A stretch of DNA of 64,000 bases, taken from positions 1 to 64,000 of IMG/VR virus record IMGVR_UViG_3300025584_000449. One strand, given 5' to 3'. The notes under the pieces are model-generated. The model did not search any database, had not been told where the DNA came from, and saw only the letters and a program-made list of their open reading frames with translations. Below are positions 11,355-21,636 of the stretch, one piece after another (positions within the stretch are counted from its first letter, which is position 1; the number at the start of each line of letters is the position of its first letter). The translations under genes were made by a program, and so were the position numbers. This DNA is from a virus.

Positions 11355-12043
11355 TGGCTAAAATAATGACTGATAGTAAGGTAGGAAATGACCTTATTCT
11401 AACTAATAAAAAACTTATTGACCAGGGACCACTTGCATTTAGATATCATGAATTTCCTTTAAGCATAATATATAAAGGAGACAACGAAGTAGGTGAGGCC
11501 GACCCGTATGATAAATTTAATGGTCCAGAAAATTATACAATGTTTAGATTTAATACAGACTATGGGGTTGAGCTATTACACAGAAATATTGATGGGTCGT
11601 ATGTTCACGACCATAGAAACTCTTCTGCAATGTCTAAAATTGAGTTATCAGAAAATAGTGGAACTGACCCAGTATTATTTGGGTATATGGTGCTTCCTTT
11701 TAATTTTAGACTTCAAGGTTTTTATTTTTATGCTGATAAAATTAGATGGGATAGGCCAGATGATGTAGAAGGTTGGGGAGAAAATTTTAAGATCGATGAA
11801 TATCGACTATATAAAAACAATGATGCCCCCAATGTAACTGTGTATGATAATAATATAGAAGAGCCAGCAACTGCTCATGGCTCTTGGTATCAGAACCTTC
11901 TTATAGAAATTAATTGTGAATCAGAGCCAGTAGGTTACACTGATTTTCTTTCTGGTGATTTGCTCAAATTAACTTTTTTAGCATCTAAAGACTATGCTAG
12001 ATTTTCTGGAGTATCTATGGGAGTTTGGGGAGTAAAGATATAA
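11354..12043 (+). CDS. Putative tail fibre-associated protein
   Basis: Stop/start coupled to both neighbours; N-terminus resembles those of adjacent tail genes. Confidence 0.5.
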   Translation: MAKIMTDSKVGNDLILTNKKLIDQGPLAFRYHEFPLSIIYKGDNEVGEADPYDKFNGPENYTMFRFNTDYGVELLHRNIDGSYVHDHRNSSAMSKIELSENSGTDPVLFGYMVLPFNFRLQGFYFYADKIRWDRPDDVEGWGENFKIDEYRLYKNNDAPNVTVYDNNIEEPATAHGSWYQNLLIEINCESEPVGYTDFLSGDLLKLTFLASKDYARFSGVSMGVWGVKI

Positions 12044-13011
12044 TGGCAAATATAAAAAAGAGCTCTACTTTAGGAAAATCAAAAATATTATCTATTAATG
12101 ATAGTTCTGAGTTAACACTATACCCACAAGAACTTAGAAGTAGATTTATAAATCTAAAATATGCTAATGTTGGCGTGAAATATAACCATTGTAGTGTTAT
12201 ACATAAATCGTTTAATGTTGGAGTTCTTATAAACCAATCTCAAATGGGTGATTTAGAGGATTATGGGCCTGTTGGCTGGTTTGGGCCTGATTCAAAGCCA
12301 GATGATTGTGTAGGCCATTGTGCGCAATCTCCTGGGTATGATATGATGCCGGATCTTACTACTGGAATACGAGGAATTGATGGAGAAAGTGGAGACGCAG
12401 ACTACTACTTAAATTATTATAATACAGGACAAGGGATGGAGATTAAAGGGTGGACTTATTTAAAAACACAGGCTCATTACTTTAGAAAAAGTGTTAAAAT
12501 TATATCTTGTACTTTTTCAGCTAGAATAAATGGGTTTGATGAGGATTCTGGACACTTAAGGCAAGATTTTATTAGCTATGCAGGATCTAGCACAAAAGAC
12601 GGTCTTGGTGTAAAGCTATTAATAAAAGATTCTTCTGATACAAGATCTTTTAATTATGGTGTTGATGGGCACGACGATTTACATGCTGCATCTTTTCAGC
12701 CTGATTTATTACATGACTTTGATGCGTCACTTATAGGTGATTCTCATCAGATTCGACCGTATGCTAAAAATACCTTTCATAAAGCAAAGCTAGTCCCTAA
12801 AATATCTGAATTTTCTCATAGTCCAAATTCTTTTGTGTTCACTCATATAATGACTCCTGATAGCCCAGTAGTTGTTGATGCCTCAAGCTTAGTATGTGGT
12901 GCTGTTTGTATAGGCACTCTTGAAGGATTTGGCGACCATGGCTATGGATCTTACTCAAATTTTGTAGGAAAAGACTTTAATGTTTGTATAGAATATGCTT
13001 TATTAGAGTAA
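12043..13011 (+). CDS. Putative tail fibre-associated protein (start MANIKKSS)
   Basis: ATG at 12043 overlaps the upstream TAA; shared N-terminal motif. Confidence 0.5.
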   Translation: MANIKKSSTLGKSKILSINDSSELTLYPQELRSRFINLKYANVGVKYNHCSVIHKSFNVGVLINQSQMGDLEDYGPVGWFGPDSKPDDCVGHCAQSPGYDMMPDLTTGIRGIDGESGDADYYLNYYNTGQGMEIKGWTYLKTQAHYFRKSVKIISCTFSARINGFDEDSGHLRQDFISYAGSSTKDGLGVKLLIKDSSDTRSFNYGVDGHDDLHAASFQPDLLHDFDASLIGDSHQIRPYAKNTFHKAKLVPKISEFSHSPNSFVFTHIMTPDSPVVVDASSLVCGAVCIGTLEGFGDHGYGSYSNFVGKDFNVCIEYALLE

Positions 13012-13080
13012 TTCATTTGCTTTTTTACTTTTAAAGTAGTATATTTAAGCATCAATAACCCTAACCGTTTAAAGAAGATA

Positions 13081-13317
13081 ATGGAAAATACACAACCAAC
13101 AATGACTATTAAAGAGCAAATAGATGCTCTAACCTCTTCACAAGGGCAAAGAGCTACAGAAGTGAAGAGATTAAATGATGTAGAGCAAGAACTCATCGCA
13201 AAAAGAACACATCTTAAAGAGCAAATGACTTTTACAGCTGGGCAAATTGACGCACTAAAATCAGTCATGCCTCCTGAAGTAGAGCCCGAGCCATTGCCTG
13301 AAATAGAAGAAGACTAA
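13081..13317 (+). CDS. Small coiled-coil protein
   Basis: Heptad-like Q/E/K-rich 78-aa ORF. Confidence 0.55.
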   Translation: MENTQPTMTIKEQIDALTSSQGQRATEVKRLNDVEQELIAKRTHLKEQMTFTAGQIDALKSVMPPEVEPEPLPEIEED

Positions 13318-13911
13318 ATGTTTGATTTTAAAGGACTTACCAAATTTTTTGATAAACCAAAAAGAGTTTGGGCGTTCTTTTTAATGCTCGGAATGATCGC
13401 AGCATTTACACAGGGTAAAAAAGTAAACACTGTGTATGTTGTTGGAGACGAAGTAGTTACAGTAACAGACACACTTTATCAGACAAAGTGGAGAGTTAAG
13501 AAAGAGGTAGAAGTAAGAACTGACACCTTGGTAGTGTCTTATACTGATACTCTAACTCAAACAGTTCATGATTCTATTTTTGTAACAAACGTCGCAGAAA
13601 TCGACACAATATTAGGTGATGATGGAGAGCTTAATGTTAAGTATTATTATACTCCGTCTATGTTTGATATAACCTGGAACCCGTATCCTATAGAAGTTAG
13701 GTGTAAACAAATACTTGGTGGACAAGTAAGCTTAGTAGACCCAAGAGATAATTTCATTAAGTTTGGAATTGGTCTTGGTGCTGGACAAACCTGGGATAAT
13801 AAATTTAATTATTCTGGGCTAATTACAGGACGTATTGGATCTTATGGATCTTACCTGCAAGCAAGCAGGTACGACGGATACACATTGGGAGTGTTTTATG
13901 AATTTAAGTAA
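13318..13911 (+). CDS. Membrane-anchored protein, possible spanin-like lysis component
   Basis: N-terminal TM helix (VWAFFLMLGMIAAF), repeated DT[L/V] strands, near the endolysin. Confidence 0.4.
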   Translation: MFDFKGLTKFFDKPKRVWAFFLMLGMIAAFTQGKKVNTVYVVGDEVVTVTDTLYQTKWRVKKEVEVRTDTLVVSYTDTLTQTVHDSIFVTNVAEIDTILGDDGELNVKYYYTPSMFDITWNPYPIEVRCKQILGGQVSLVDPRDNFIKFGIGLGAGQTWDNKFNYSGLITGRIGSYGSYLQASRYDGYTLGVFYEFK

Positions 13912-14320
13912 ATTAGGATTTAAAAAAGAAGCTGATATATACCTTGGGCCAAAAGACCAAAAGGTACCTACTAAAGTTACCGCTGAAGGAATATTTGTAG
14001 GAGCTACTAAAGATTGGGAAGCAAAAGCTAAGGATCTGGATAGTATGTTAAAAAAGCATAAGTCTATTCAAAAAACAAGAGCAGCGTATGTAAAAAAATA
14101 TCCTAAGGATTATACTACAGTTTCTATGAAGTCAGAGAAAATTCCTAAAAAACCAATATTTTTTGGAAAGAAAAAATATAAAGCAAAAATGCAAGAATTA
14201 AATCAACATCCTAAAGTTTATTTACAAGTATTTAAAGCTGGTGGAAAAGAACAAATTCAATTTTATAATGATATAGCTAGAGGGCACAAAGAGAAAACCC
14301 TCGTAAAGAAAAAGAAATAG
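13898..14320 (+). CDS. Basic hypothetical protein (start MNLSKLGF)
   Basis: Lys-rich ORF; the more plausible ATG is at 13898. Confidence 0.55.
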   Translation: MNLSKLGFKKEADIYLGPKDQKVPTKVTAEGIFVGATKDWEAKAKDLDSMLKKHKSIQKTRAAYVKKYPKDYTTVSMKSEKIPKKPIFFGKKKYKAKMQELNQHPKVYLQVFKAGGKEQIQFYNDIARGHKEKTLVKKKK

Positions 14321-14342
14321 TTGCTGGAAAGAATAAAAAATA

Positions 14343-14906
14343 ATGTTTAAATTCAGTTGGAAAAGATTTGTTAATTTCTTTAAGAAAGCTACTCATGTAG
14401 AGCTTAAAGATGTGCGAAAAGAACTACCTTGGCACGAGACTAGAAAATGGGCTAAAAGGTCATTGTCTCGTATAGACAAGATCATAGTTCATCAAGCTCT
14501 ATGTACTACATCTGCAAAGAGTATAAATAAGTATCATATTACACCAGCTGAAAATAATCACTTATCTAAAGATGGCGCTCCTCATATAGCATATCATTAT
14601 GCTATTGACTTTAATGGAGATGCTTTGTTTTGTAATTCGCATACCGATGTGACATGGCACTGTAAAGGTAAAAATACTTCTAGTCTCGGTATAGTAGTTT
14701 GTGGTGACTTTGACTATCCTGGGCAAACAAAGGTTAGTGAAGCTCCTAGTAAAAAACAAATGAAAAATTTAAAAAAATTATTAAACTATTTAAAGAAAGA
14801 ATTTAATCTGAAAGATCAGGATGTTTATGGCCATTGCGATTTTGGTAAACCAAGCTGTCCTGGTATTGCAATATACAAGCTTATTAATGAAAGGAAAGCT
14901 GTATGA
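14343..14906 (+). CDS. N-acetylmuramoyl-L-alanine amidase endolysin (Amidase_2, T7 lysozyme-like)
   Basis: IIVHQ, IAYHY, WHCKGKN..SLGI, YGHCDF..PSCPG Zn-amidase motifs. Confidence 0.9.
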   Translation: MFKFSWKRFVNFFKKATHVELKDVRKELPWHETRKWAKRSLSRIDKIIVHQALCTTSAKSINKYHITPAENNHLSKDGAPHIAYHYAIDFNGDALFCNSHTDVTWHCKGKNTSSLGIVVCGDFDYPGQTKVSEAPSKKQMKNLKKLLNYLKKEFNLKDQDVYGHCDFGKPSCPGIAIYKLINERKAV

Positions 14907-15994
14907 AATCTATTCTGTCTATGTCGCTTGATATAGTGGATGGAGTTGTAGAGGGAAATTTTGAAAAGATTTCTCAAATTACTGAGCCATTAAGTGATGA
15001 CGCTAAAACTGCTTACATTCCTAGCCTAGAAGAGCAAGGTCTTATGGCAGACTCATCCTGTGCTTTACGGTTGTTTCATCCACACTCTGGCGTATTAAAC
15101 AAATACGCTCATAATACTAAAGAAATAACAGAAATTAATGTAGCCTATTTATTAGACAGCATGGACTCTTTGCCAGAAGAAGTAGTAAAGACCGCAGCGG
15201 CTAACTTAATTTGTGCTTGTAATCATTATAAGCTAACTGTTCCTAAATCTTTAGAAAAATACGCATCATCAAAATATATTGATAACTTAATAGATATCAG
15301 AGATATTGATGAAGTAAGCTATCTAGATAAAATTGCTAGCAACGCCGATCAATTTTATGCACTAGAGCAAGAAAAAACATATCCACTAAATACTCAAGCT
15401 GATGTAGAAAAAGCTGCTGAGTATTTTGATGTTTATGAGGATAAGTTTCCTTTAGCTAAGAAGTATGAGTTTGCCTTAAATACTAAGAAAGCTGTTGATC
15501 GATTATCTATGGAATTAGATGACAGTTCAGCCATCAAATGTGCAAGTTTAGTATCAGATGTATTTAATGAGGACTTCTACAATCATGTCCAGGTACGTAA
15601 GGGCTATTTAAAAGATCACGAAGATGACCAAGAGCTAGTTGATGCTTACGATAGCCTGATTAAATCTGCTGATGAGCATGGTCCTACAAAGACTGCTTCT
15701 TTATTATATGATATTGATAAGAAAGCAAACTTACTTAGCAATTATGGGCACGGAATTGAAGATGCCGTTATTAGTACTTTAGCAGAAAAAAGTCCTGATC
15801 TATCTACTATAGACGGACAGACCATCTCGAAAACAGCATTATTTAAATTGGCTAGCACTAAAGATATTAATAAGAATTTAACTGACTTAGTTGGCACTGA
15901 AACCATCGCTGAATTAAAAGGTGACGAGGGACTAGCTGTTTTACAAAGTCTTCCCAAGCCTATTAGACAAGAAATACTAGAGCGTTTAGAGTAA
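14903..15994 (+). CDS. Hypothetical, probable virion/morphogenesis protein
   Basis: 363-aa ORF coupled within the structural operon. Confidence 0.5.
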   Translation: MKSILSMSLDIVDGVVEGNFEKISQITEPLSDDAKTAYIPSLEEQGLMADSSCALRLFHPHSGVLNKYAHNTKEITEINVAYLLDSMDSLPEEVVKTAAANLICACNHYKLTVPKSLEKYASSKYIDNLIDIRDIDEVSYLDKIASNADQFYALEQEKTYPLNTQADVEKAAEYFDVYEDKFPLAKKYEFALNTKKAVDRLSMELDDSSAIKCASLVSDVFNEDFYNHVQVRKGYLKDHEDDQELVDAYDSLIKSADEHGPTKTASLLYDIDKKANLLSNYGHGIEDAVISTLAEKSPDLSTIDGQTISKTALFKLASTKDINKNLTDLVGTETIAELKGDEGLAVLQSLPKPIRQEILERLE

Positions 15995-16272
15995 TGATTT
16001 TTGAATTAATTATTATTGCCGAACTGGGTGGACTATTATTTATAGGATCTAAGCTTTTAAAATCTATTAAAGGTATTAAGAGATCTGTAGTTATGTCTCC
16101 TCATGTAAATGGAAAGAGTTTTGACTCTTCTAGAATAGATGTGATGGACGTAGAAATGCCTACAGTTAATGTTGCTACACCTAGTGACTCTAATATAACT
16201 TCAGAGAGCTCTACCGTAGACACTTCTAGTACTACGGATAAACTAAGAAAGCTAAGAGGAAAACGTGGCTAA
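15994..16272 (+). CDS. Small membrane-anchored protein
   Basis: Hydrophobic N-terminus, S/T-rich tail. Confidence 0.5.
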   Translation: MIFELIIIAELGGLLFIGSKLLKSIKGIKRSVVMSPHVNGKSFDSSRIDVMDVEMPTVNVATPSDSNITSESSTVDTSSTTDKLRKLRGKRG

Positions 16273-17287
16273 AGGTCTTGATTGTGGAACTGGTAATTAT
16301 GTAGCATGCCTCTCTGATAAGGTGAAAACCCAGAGAAATGCTTTTATTACAATTGACCAGTCAATGAATACTAAGAAATCGTTAAAGCGATTAAATATTC
16401 CTTATGTAGAAATAAATAATAAATTACATGTTATAGGAAAAGCAGCTTTTGAGTACGCTCAAGTTTTTGGTAACGTAGCATTACGTAGACCAATGGCTGA
16501 TGGGCTTTTGAATCCTAAAGAGCGAGATGCACTTCCTGTACTTAGATCTATTATATATGAATTATTAGGTGAGCCAGAGACTCCAGGTGAGCGTGTTATA
16601 TACTGTGTTCCTGGTACCCCTATAGATAAAGACACTATGGTAGATTACCATGAATCAGTCCTCCAGAGCCTTATAGACGGCTTAGGTTACAGCTCACGAG
16701 CTATTAACGAGGCTGAGGCTCTAGCATATACAGGGTTGGTAGATAATAACTTAACTGGAATAGCAATCTCATTTGGCGCAGGTATGTGTAATGTAGGAAT
16801 CTTTTATGGTGGGATGACGGCTAAGGCTTTTAGTGTCAGTAGGGGTGGGGATTTTATTGATCACCACGTTGCTCTCGATACAGGTATTTCGCAAGCTAGA
16901 GCACAGTTTATTAAAGAAGAGTCCTCCACTGATATTGGTAATTCTAAGTTAGTGGTTGAAGAAGGAATCGCTAGCCTATCAGAGAAAGATCTTACAGTAG
17001 AGCAAAGGGCTATACAAACATACTATGGAGTATTAGTTAGATATCTATTAAGTAATATAGGTAAACAATTTGAGGCTGCAGAAGATATCCCAGCATTTAA
17101 AGATCCTGTTCCTATAGTTGTTGGTGGAGGAACTGCCATGACTAAAGGATTCTTAGACGTATTTAATAAAGAATTAGAAAGTTCAGATTTTCCAATTAAT
17201 ATTTCAGAAGTTAGGCTGGTAGAAGATCCATTTAATGCAGTAGCAAGAGGGTGTTTTGCTGATGCGCTACTAGAAGAGGAAGAATAA
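16265..17287 (+). CDS. Actin-like ATPase (MreB/ParM/FtsA superfamily)
   Basis: GLDCGTGN (phosphate 1), SFGAGMCN (phosphate 2), RGGDFID, VVGGGTA (adenosine), DPFNAVARG (connect 2). Confidence 0.85.
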   Translation: MAKGLDCGTGNYVACLSDKVKTQRNAFITIDQSMNTKKSLKRLNIPYVEINNKLHVIGKAAFEYAQVFGNVALRRPMADGLLNPKERDALPVLRSIIYELLGEPETPGERVIYCVPGTPIDKDTMVDYHESVLQSLIDGLGYSSRAINEAEALAYTGLVDNNLTGIAISFGAGMCNVGIFYGGMTAKAFSVSRGGDFIDHHVALDTGISQARAQFIKEESSTDIGNSKLVVEEGIASLSEKDLTVEQRAIQTYYGVLVRYLLSNIGKQFEAAEDIPAFKDPVPIVVGGGTAMTKGFLDVFNKELESSDFPINISEVRLVEDPFNAVARGCFADALLEEEE

Positions 17288-17598
17288 TGCTATTAAAATT
17301 AGGATTTAAAAGTAAACAACAATTATCCAATAATGAAGATTCTTTCAAGAATGTTAAAGGTGTGATTGCAGGCGGATTATCCGGATTAACCACTGCTATA
17401 ATTACCCACCCATTAGAAACGATACAGGTAAATCAGCAAGTAGAAAAAAGTACAAAAAAAACTAAAAGTTTAAAAGCTTTATATAAAGGATTTCCTGTAA
17501 GAGCTGTAAGATCTGTTATAAGCATGGGTGTTGGGTTTGGTGCGTATAACGCATACATGAGAGCACTAGATAAGAAATGGACTAAAACTACACTATGA
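17287..17598 (+). CDS. Protein resembling one mitochondrial carrier repeat
   Basis: IAGGLSG..TAIITHPLETIQV...LYKGFP.RAVR.....GVGFGAY matches the PX[DE]XX[KR] and [YWLF][KR]GxxP signature, with Q at the K/R position. Confidence 0.55.
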   Translation: MLLKLGFKSKQQLSNNEDSFKNVKGVIAGGLSGLTTAIITHPLETIQVNQQVEKSTKKTKSLKALYKGFPVRAVRSVISMGVGFGAYNAYMRALDKKWTKTTL

Positions 17599-18101
17599 AC
17601 CCAACATTAGTAGCTATTACAGCAGCTTTAGAAACATACGATAATGACTCTATTACTAGACTCTATCCTATGTTATCTGATAATGAAGTTAAAAAAATAC
17701 AAGTATTAAATGTATTGCAAACGTCAAGAGCTGCCTATGAGGATATGCATGTTTTTGAAAATGCTGTATTAGTTTTGAATGGCATAGATGCAGATGTTAC
17801 AAAGATTGAAGGCTGTGAGCCAAAGCATATTTGGAAAGCTTTAATTATTATAAAAAATATGCATCCTGATGTAGAACTATCACATGAAATTAAAATGTAT
17901 ATTAAATATATATTTAGTGATTATGGTTATAATTTTTATCCTCCTAATTTTAGTCTTGGGAAAGAGGACATGTTAAAAGATTTAGAATCAGCTGCGTTAG
18001 GTGCTCAGACAGGACCGGAACTAGATGATAATTCAGCATTCGACATTCAACTAACTAGATACTTATTAATAAAAGAGTACTTAACAAGGAGTAACATTTA
18101 A
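17595..18101 (+). CDS. Hypothetical protein
   Basis: 168-aa ORF coupled to the portal-like gene. Confidence 0.55.
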   Translation: MNPTLVAITAALETYDNDSITRLYPMLSDNEVKKIQVLNVLQTSRAAYEDMHVFENAVLVLNGIDADVTKIEGCEPKHIWKALIIIKNMHPDVELSHEIKMYIKYIFSDYGYNFYPPNFSLGKEDMLKDLESAALGAQTGPELDDNSAFDIQLTRYLLIKEYLTRSNI

Positions 18102-19969
18102 TGGCTGTTACTAGACTAACAGAGGCTGGGCTTGGAAATGGGTTAAATGCTCGTAAGTATCCTAATCCCTTCTTTGATATTTCATCTACAATAATACCTA
18201 AAAATATTAAAACTCTTTTTAGTTACTGTCGTAATTTCTTCTATACTAATGGATTTCTACGAAACGTTATAACTAAACTTACAGAGTATCCAATTACAGA
18301 TGTATTATATGTGGGCGAGTTAGATGAGATTACGAAAAAGAAGTATGATTCTTATTTACATGAGTCTTTAAAGATTAAAAGTTTTTTAATCGAGGTTGGG
18401 TTAGACTATTTCACCTATGGTAACTCCTTTATTGCAACACAGTTTAACCCTAAAAGATTCTTAGCATGCCCAAACTGTAAAGAAAAACATCCAATTAATA
18501 AGGTAGAATATAAATTTAGAAGATATAACTTTGAGGGCCCTTGTCCTAAGTGTACAGATTATGTTACATTTAAAGTTGAAGACCAAACTATAATTGATAA
18601 ATCTAATCTAAAATTTGTTAGACTGTCTCCTGAAAATATAGATATAGAGTATAATCCTATTACAGGTGATACTCAATATTACTATTCTATGCCTAATAAA
18701 ATTAAGCAAAGAATAATGAAAGGTGATAAAAGTATATTAAAAAATATACCTATAACCTTTATTGAGTCTTTAAGCGAAAAAAAGAAAATCACATTTAATA
18801 GCGAGAATCTATACCACTTTAAACGACCTACACTAGCAGAAGAAGATATGGGTTGGGGAAAACCTTTGTTACTGCCTGCTCTAAAAGAAGTATATTATTT
18901 ACAGCTTTTAAAGAAGGGTAATGAGGCTATTGCCAATGAGCATATAGTTCCAAAGAAAAGCATCTTCCCTGCAAATACTACAGGCATCGACCCATTTACT
19001 CAAATGAGTCTTGGTAAGTGGCGTTCTAAAATTGAAGAGCAAGTTAATAAGTGGAAAACAGATCCTAATCATATAGGTATCTTTCCTATTCCTATAGGGT
19101 ATCAAGAGCTTGGCGGTAACGCTAAGATGTTAATGCTTACTCCTGAGATGAAGTTTATTGAAGAATCAATAATAAACTCTCTTGGAGTTCCTCTTGAATT
19201 TATTAAGGGCGGAACTACTTGGACAGGGTCTAGTATTTCATTAAGAATAGTTGAGAATCATTTCTTAACTTATAGAGAACTACTCTTAGACTTTGTTAAT
19301 CACTTTGTATTAAGTAAAGTAAGAACACATTTACAATACCCTGATGTAAAAATAAAATTTAAAAAGTTTAAAATGACTGACGACTCAGAAGCTAAACAGC
19401 TTGCTATAAATCTAAATCAAACTGGTAAGATTTCTGATAAGATGCTGCTTGATGAGTTTGGAATAGATGTTATAGAAAATGAGAAACAATTAAAGGCTAG
19501 TAAGAAAGAATACTATGCAGATTTAATTGAGACTAGAAAAGCAGAAGCTGAAGCAGAAGGTATTGCTACAGAAATTATGGCAAGGTATCAAGTACGTGCA
19601 CAGCATATGGCACAGCGTGAGGTACTTAGAGTTAAAACTGAACTATTCCAAGAAGAGTTAGCTCAAGAGCACTCACCTATCCCAGATGATCCTGTAAAGT
19701 TAATAGAAAAATTTGTACAACAGTTAGTACTTTATAATCTTGACGAGCAGGAAATGATGCTTGCACAAATGAAAAAGGATATGCCTATTACAGCGTCTAT
19801 GGTAGTTGAGCAGCTATTATTTATGAATAGACAATATGCAGAAGAGCCAGAAGAAGAGGAAGCAGAAACTCCTAAAAAAGAGGGCGCCCCTAAAAAGAAG
19901 GTAACTAAAAAGGATGAAGTTAAAGTAGGGCCAGATAAAAAGAAAGGACCTACAAAAGGATCAGCATGA
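18101..19969 (+). CDS. Probable portal protein with Zn-ribbon insertion
   Basis: Size, VRLSPENIDI / LYHFKRP / GWGKPLLLP portal-like blocks, CPNC...CPKC insert, charged C-terminal tail. Confidence 0.55.
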   Translation: MAVTRLTEAGLGNGLNARKYPNPFFDISSTIIPKNIKTLFSYCRNFFYTNGFLRNVITKLTEYPITDVLYVGELDEITKKKYDSYLHESLKIKSFLIEVGLDYFTYGNSFIATQFNPKRFLACPNCKEKHPINKVEYKFRRYNFEGPCPKCTDYVTFKVEDQTIIDKSNLKFVRLSPENIDIEYNPITGDTQYYYSMPNKIKQRIMKGDKSILKNIPITFIESLSEKKKITFNSENLYHFKRPTLAEEDMGWGKPLLLPALKEVYYLQLLKKGNEAIANEHIVPKKSIFPANTTGIDPFTQMSLGKWRSKIEEQVNKWKTDPNHIGIFPIPIGYQELGGNAKMLMLTPEMKFIEESIINSLGVPLEFIKGGTTWTGSSISLRIVENHFLTYRELLLDFVNHFVLSKVRTHLQYPDVKIKFKKFKMTDDSEAKQLAINLNQTGKISDKMLLDEFGIDVIENEKQLKASKKEYYADLIETRKAEAEAEGIATEIMARYQVRAQHMAQREVLRVKTELFQEELAQEHSPIPDDPVKLIEKFVQQLVLYNLDEQEMMLAQMKKDMPITASMVVEQLLFMNRQYAEEPEEEEAETPKKEGAPKKKVTKKDEVKVGPDKKKGPTKGSA

Positions 19970-20115
19970 TTAAGTACGGAACATATAAATTATTTAAAAA
20001 TAAAGATACTGAAGAAATAATTCAAATACCACTTACAGAGGAAAGTAAAATAGAAGAGTTTTCCAAAAAGGCTGAATGGGTAGAGGAGTCTAAAGATGAG
20101 CGACAAGGAAGTTAA
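19966..20115 (+). CDS. Small protein (49 aa, below the ORF-track cutoff)
   Basis: ATG overlaps the upstream TGA; MIKYGTYKLFKNK... Confidence 0.5.
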   Translation: MIKYGTYKLFKNKDTEEIIQIPLTEESKIEEFSKKAEWVEESKDERQGS

Positions 20116-20272
20116 AGTAGGAGTATTTCATTTAGCAGACCCTATGGAGTTAGACGAATATGAAAAACTACTTAATAATGAAGAAGTATCTATTGTAAGT
20201 CAAAAAGAAAACTGGGATAAATTTGGCAATCTTGCCATCTACTGTAAATGGGAAATAGAAGATATTTTATAA
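20096..20272 (+). CDS. Small acidic protein (58 aa)
   Basis: MSDKEVKVGVFHL...; ends just before a terminator. Confidence 0.55.
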   Translation: MSDKEVKVGVFHLADPMELDEYEKLLNNEEVSIVSQKENWDKFGNLAIYCKWEIEDIL

Positions 20273-20276
20273 GCTA

Positions 20277-20313
20277 AAAAAAGAAACACCGGGAAATTAC
20301 TCCCGGTGTTTTC
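20277..20313. terminator. Bidirectional intrinsic terminator
   Basis: A-tract, ACACCGGGA/TCCCGGTGT stem, T-tract, between convergent genes. Confidence 0.8.
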
Positions 20314-20315
20314 TT

Positions 20316-21620
20316 CTACTCACCTAAGGTTTCTTCAAACCATTTCTTTAGCCGCTCTACTTTATCTCCCCATTGGAAAGCTTCATTAGCATGATCCAAG
20401 CATGCTTTATTTACTGTTTTCTGCTCGTCAGTATTTTTCCACTTTTTATATTCGATCTCTAAAGCCTTAACTACTTCTTTCATATCAACAATAGGTCTTA
20501 AATGTGCGTTATCTAGCGGCATATTAAAGACAGTTGTATTGCTAAGTAAGTGTCCAGTATCTAGTAACATCTCTGGTATAGCAGAGTTCCTTGGAGCAAT
20601 GCTAGGAGTACCAGTTGCTGCTGACTCAATTAATGATAAACCAACACCTTCTCCAAGAGTGGTGGAGAAGTTTATATTAGAGGCATTATAAATATCATTA
20701 ATAACCGAAGCTGGTACTTCGTCTTTATAAATGTTCTTTGCATTAATTCCAAGTATCTTATTAACATCCGTGTCTACAAAACCATTATTCAATAAATGAG
20801 CTTGTAATAGATTTGCTCTTCCAGGACCCATAGATGGCTCCTGTGGCATCATGTGTAAATATAAAAATACATCCTCTTTTACTTCATCGTGTACTTCTAT
20901 AATATCTTCTTCAGGGCACATATTTAAATCACACTTGACTCTATCAATCGGCATCCAATTTCCACATTTACATACTTTATACCCTTTAGCAAACATTGAG
21001 AATGCTCTCATGCCCAAAGGAACTGCTTTTCTAGGTTGGAATCTATTAACATTACACACTACAAACTTATCATTCCACTTCCAGCTATCTCTAATTTTCT
21101 CTATGTGCTGTTTAGCGTGTGGATAGAAGACTTTGAAGTCTACTCCGTGATATAAGTATTCAATTTTCTTTTTATTATCTGGGAATCTCAACTGTATTTG
21201 TTCTTTTGCCCAAGCAGTATATGTAATAATCTTATCTGAGTTTGTAAGAACATTATCCCACGCAGTAGATACTGGTGATCCATCTATAGGGAAGTAAGAT
21301 ACAACAGGGATATCAGGGAATTCTTTTTTAATATGAGGTAGTACCTCACTTATATGAAATATGTCTTGGAACAAGAAAATTAGATCTGGTTGATCTTGTT
21401 TTATTACTTGTATAATACGTTTAAATCCAAGCATATCCGGTGGCACAATAGGATACACAAAATATTTAGATGTATCATATTTCTTTAGTCCATGATTATT
21501 TATTCCGAGGACTGTTACGTCGTAATCTTCGTGCATTGTGTCTAATAGATTTTTAGCAACGATTCCAAAACCAGTATCAACTAAAAAATCGCACCAGACA
21601 AATAGTTTCTTTTTATGCAT
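20316..21620 (-). CDS. Glycosyltransferase, GT4/GT-B type
   Basis: TGFG.V, YLYHGVD, VNRFQPRK, STTLGEGVGLSLIESAATGTP. Confidence 0.85.
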   Translation of the reverse strand: MHKKKLFVWCDFLVDTGFGIVAKNLLDTMHEDYDVTVLGINNHGLKKYDTSKYFVYPIVPPDMLGFKRIIQVIKQDQPDLIFLFQDIFHISEVLPHIKKEFPDIPVVSYFPIDGSPVSTAWDNVLTNSDKIITYTAWAKEQIQLRFPDNKKKIEYLYHGVDFKVFYPHAKQHIEKIRDSWKWNDKFVVCNVNRFQPRKAVPLGMRAFSMFAKGYKVCKCGNWMPIDRVKCDLNMCPEEDIIEVHDEVKEDVFLYLHMMPQEPSMGPGRANLLQAHLLNNGFVDTDVNKILGINAKNIYKDEVPASVINDIYNASNINFSTTLGEGVGLSLIESAATGTPSIAPRNSAIPEMLLDTGHLLSNTTVFNMPLDNAHLRPIVDMKEVVKALEIEYKKWKNTDEQKTVNKACLDHANEAFQWGDKVERLKKWFEETLGE

Positions 21621-21636
21621 TTTTTTCTTTCGCGTT

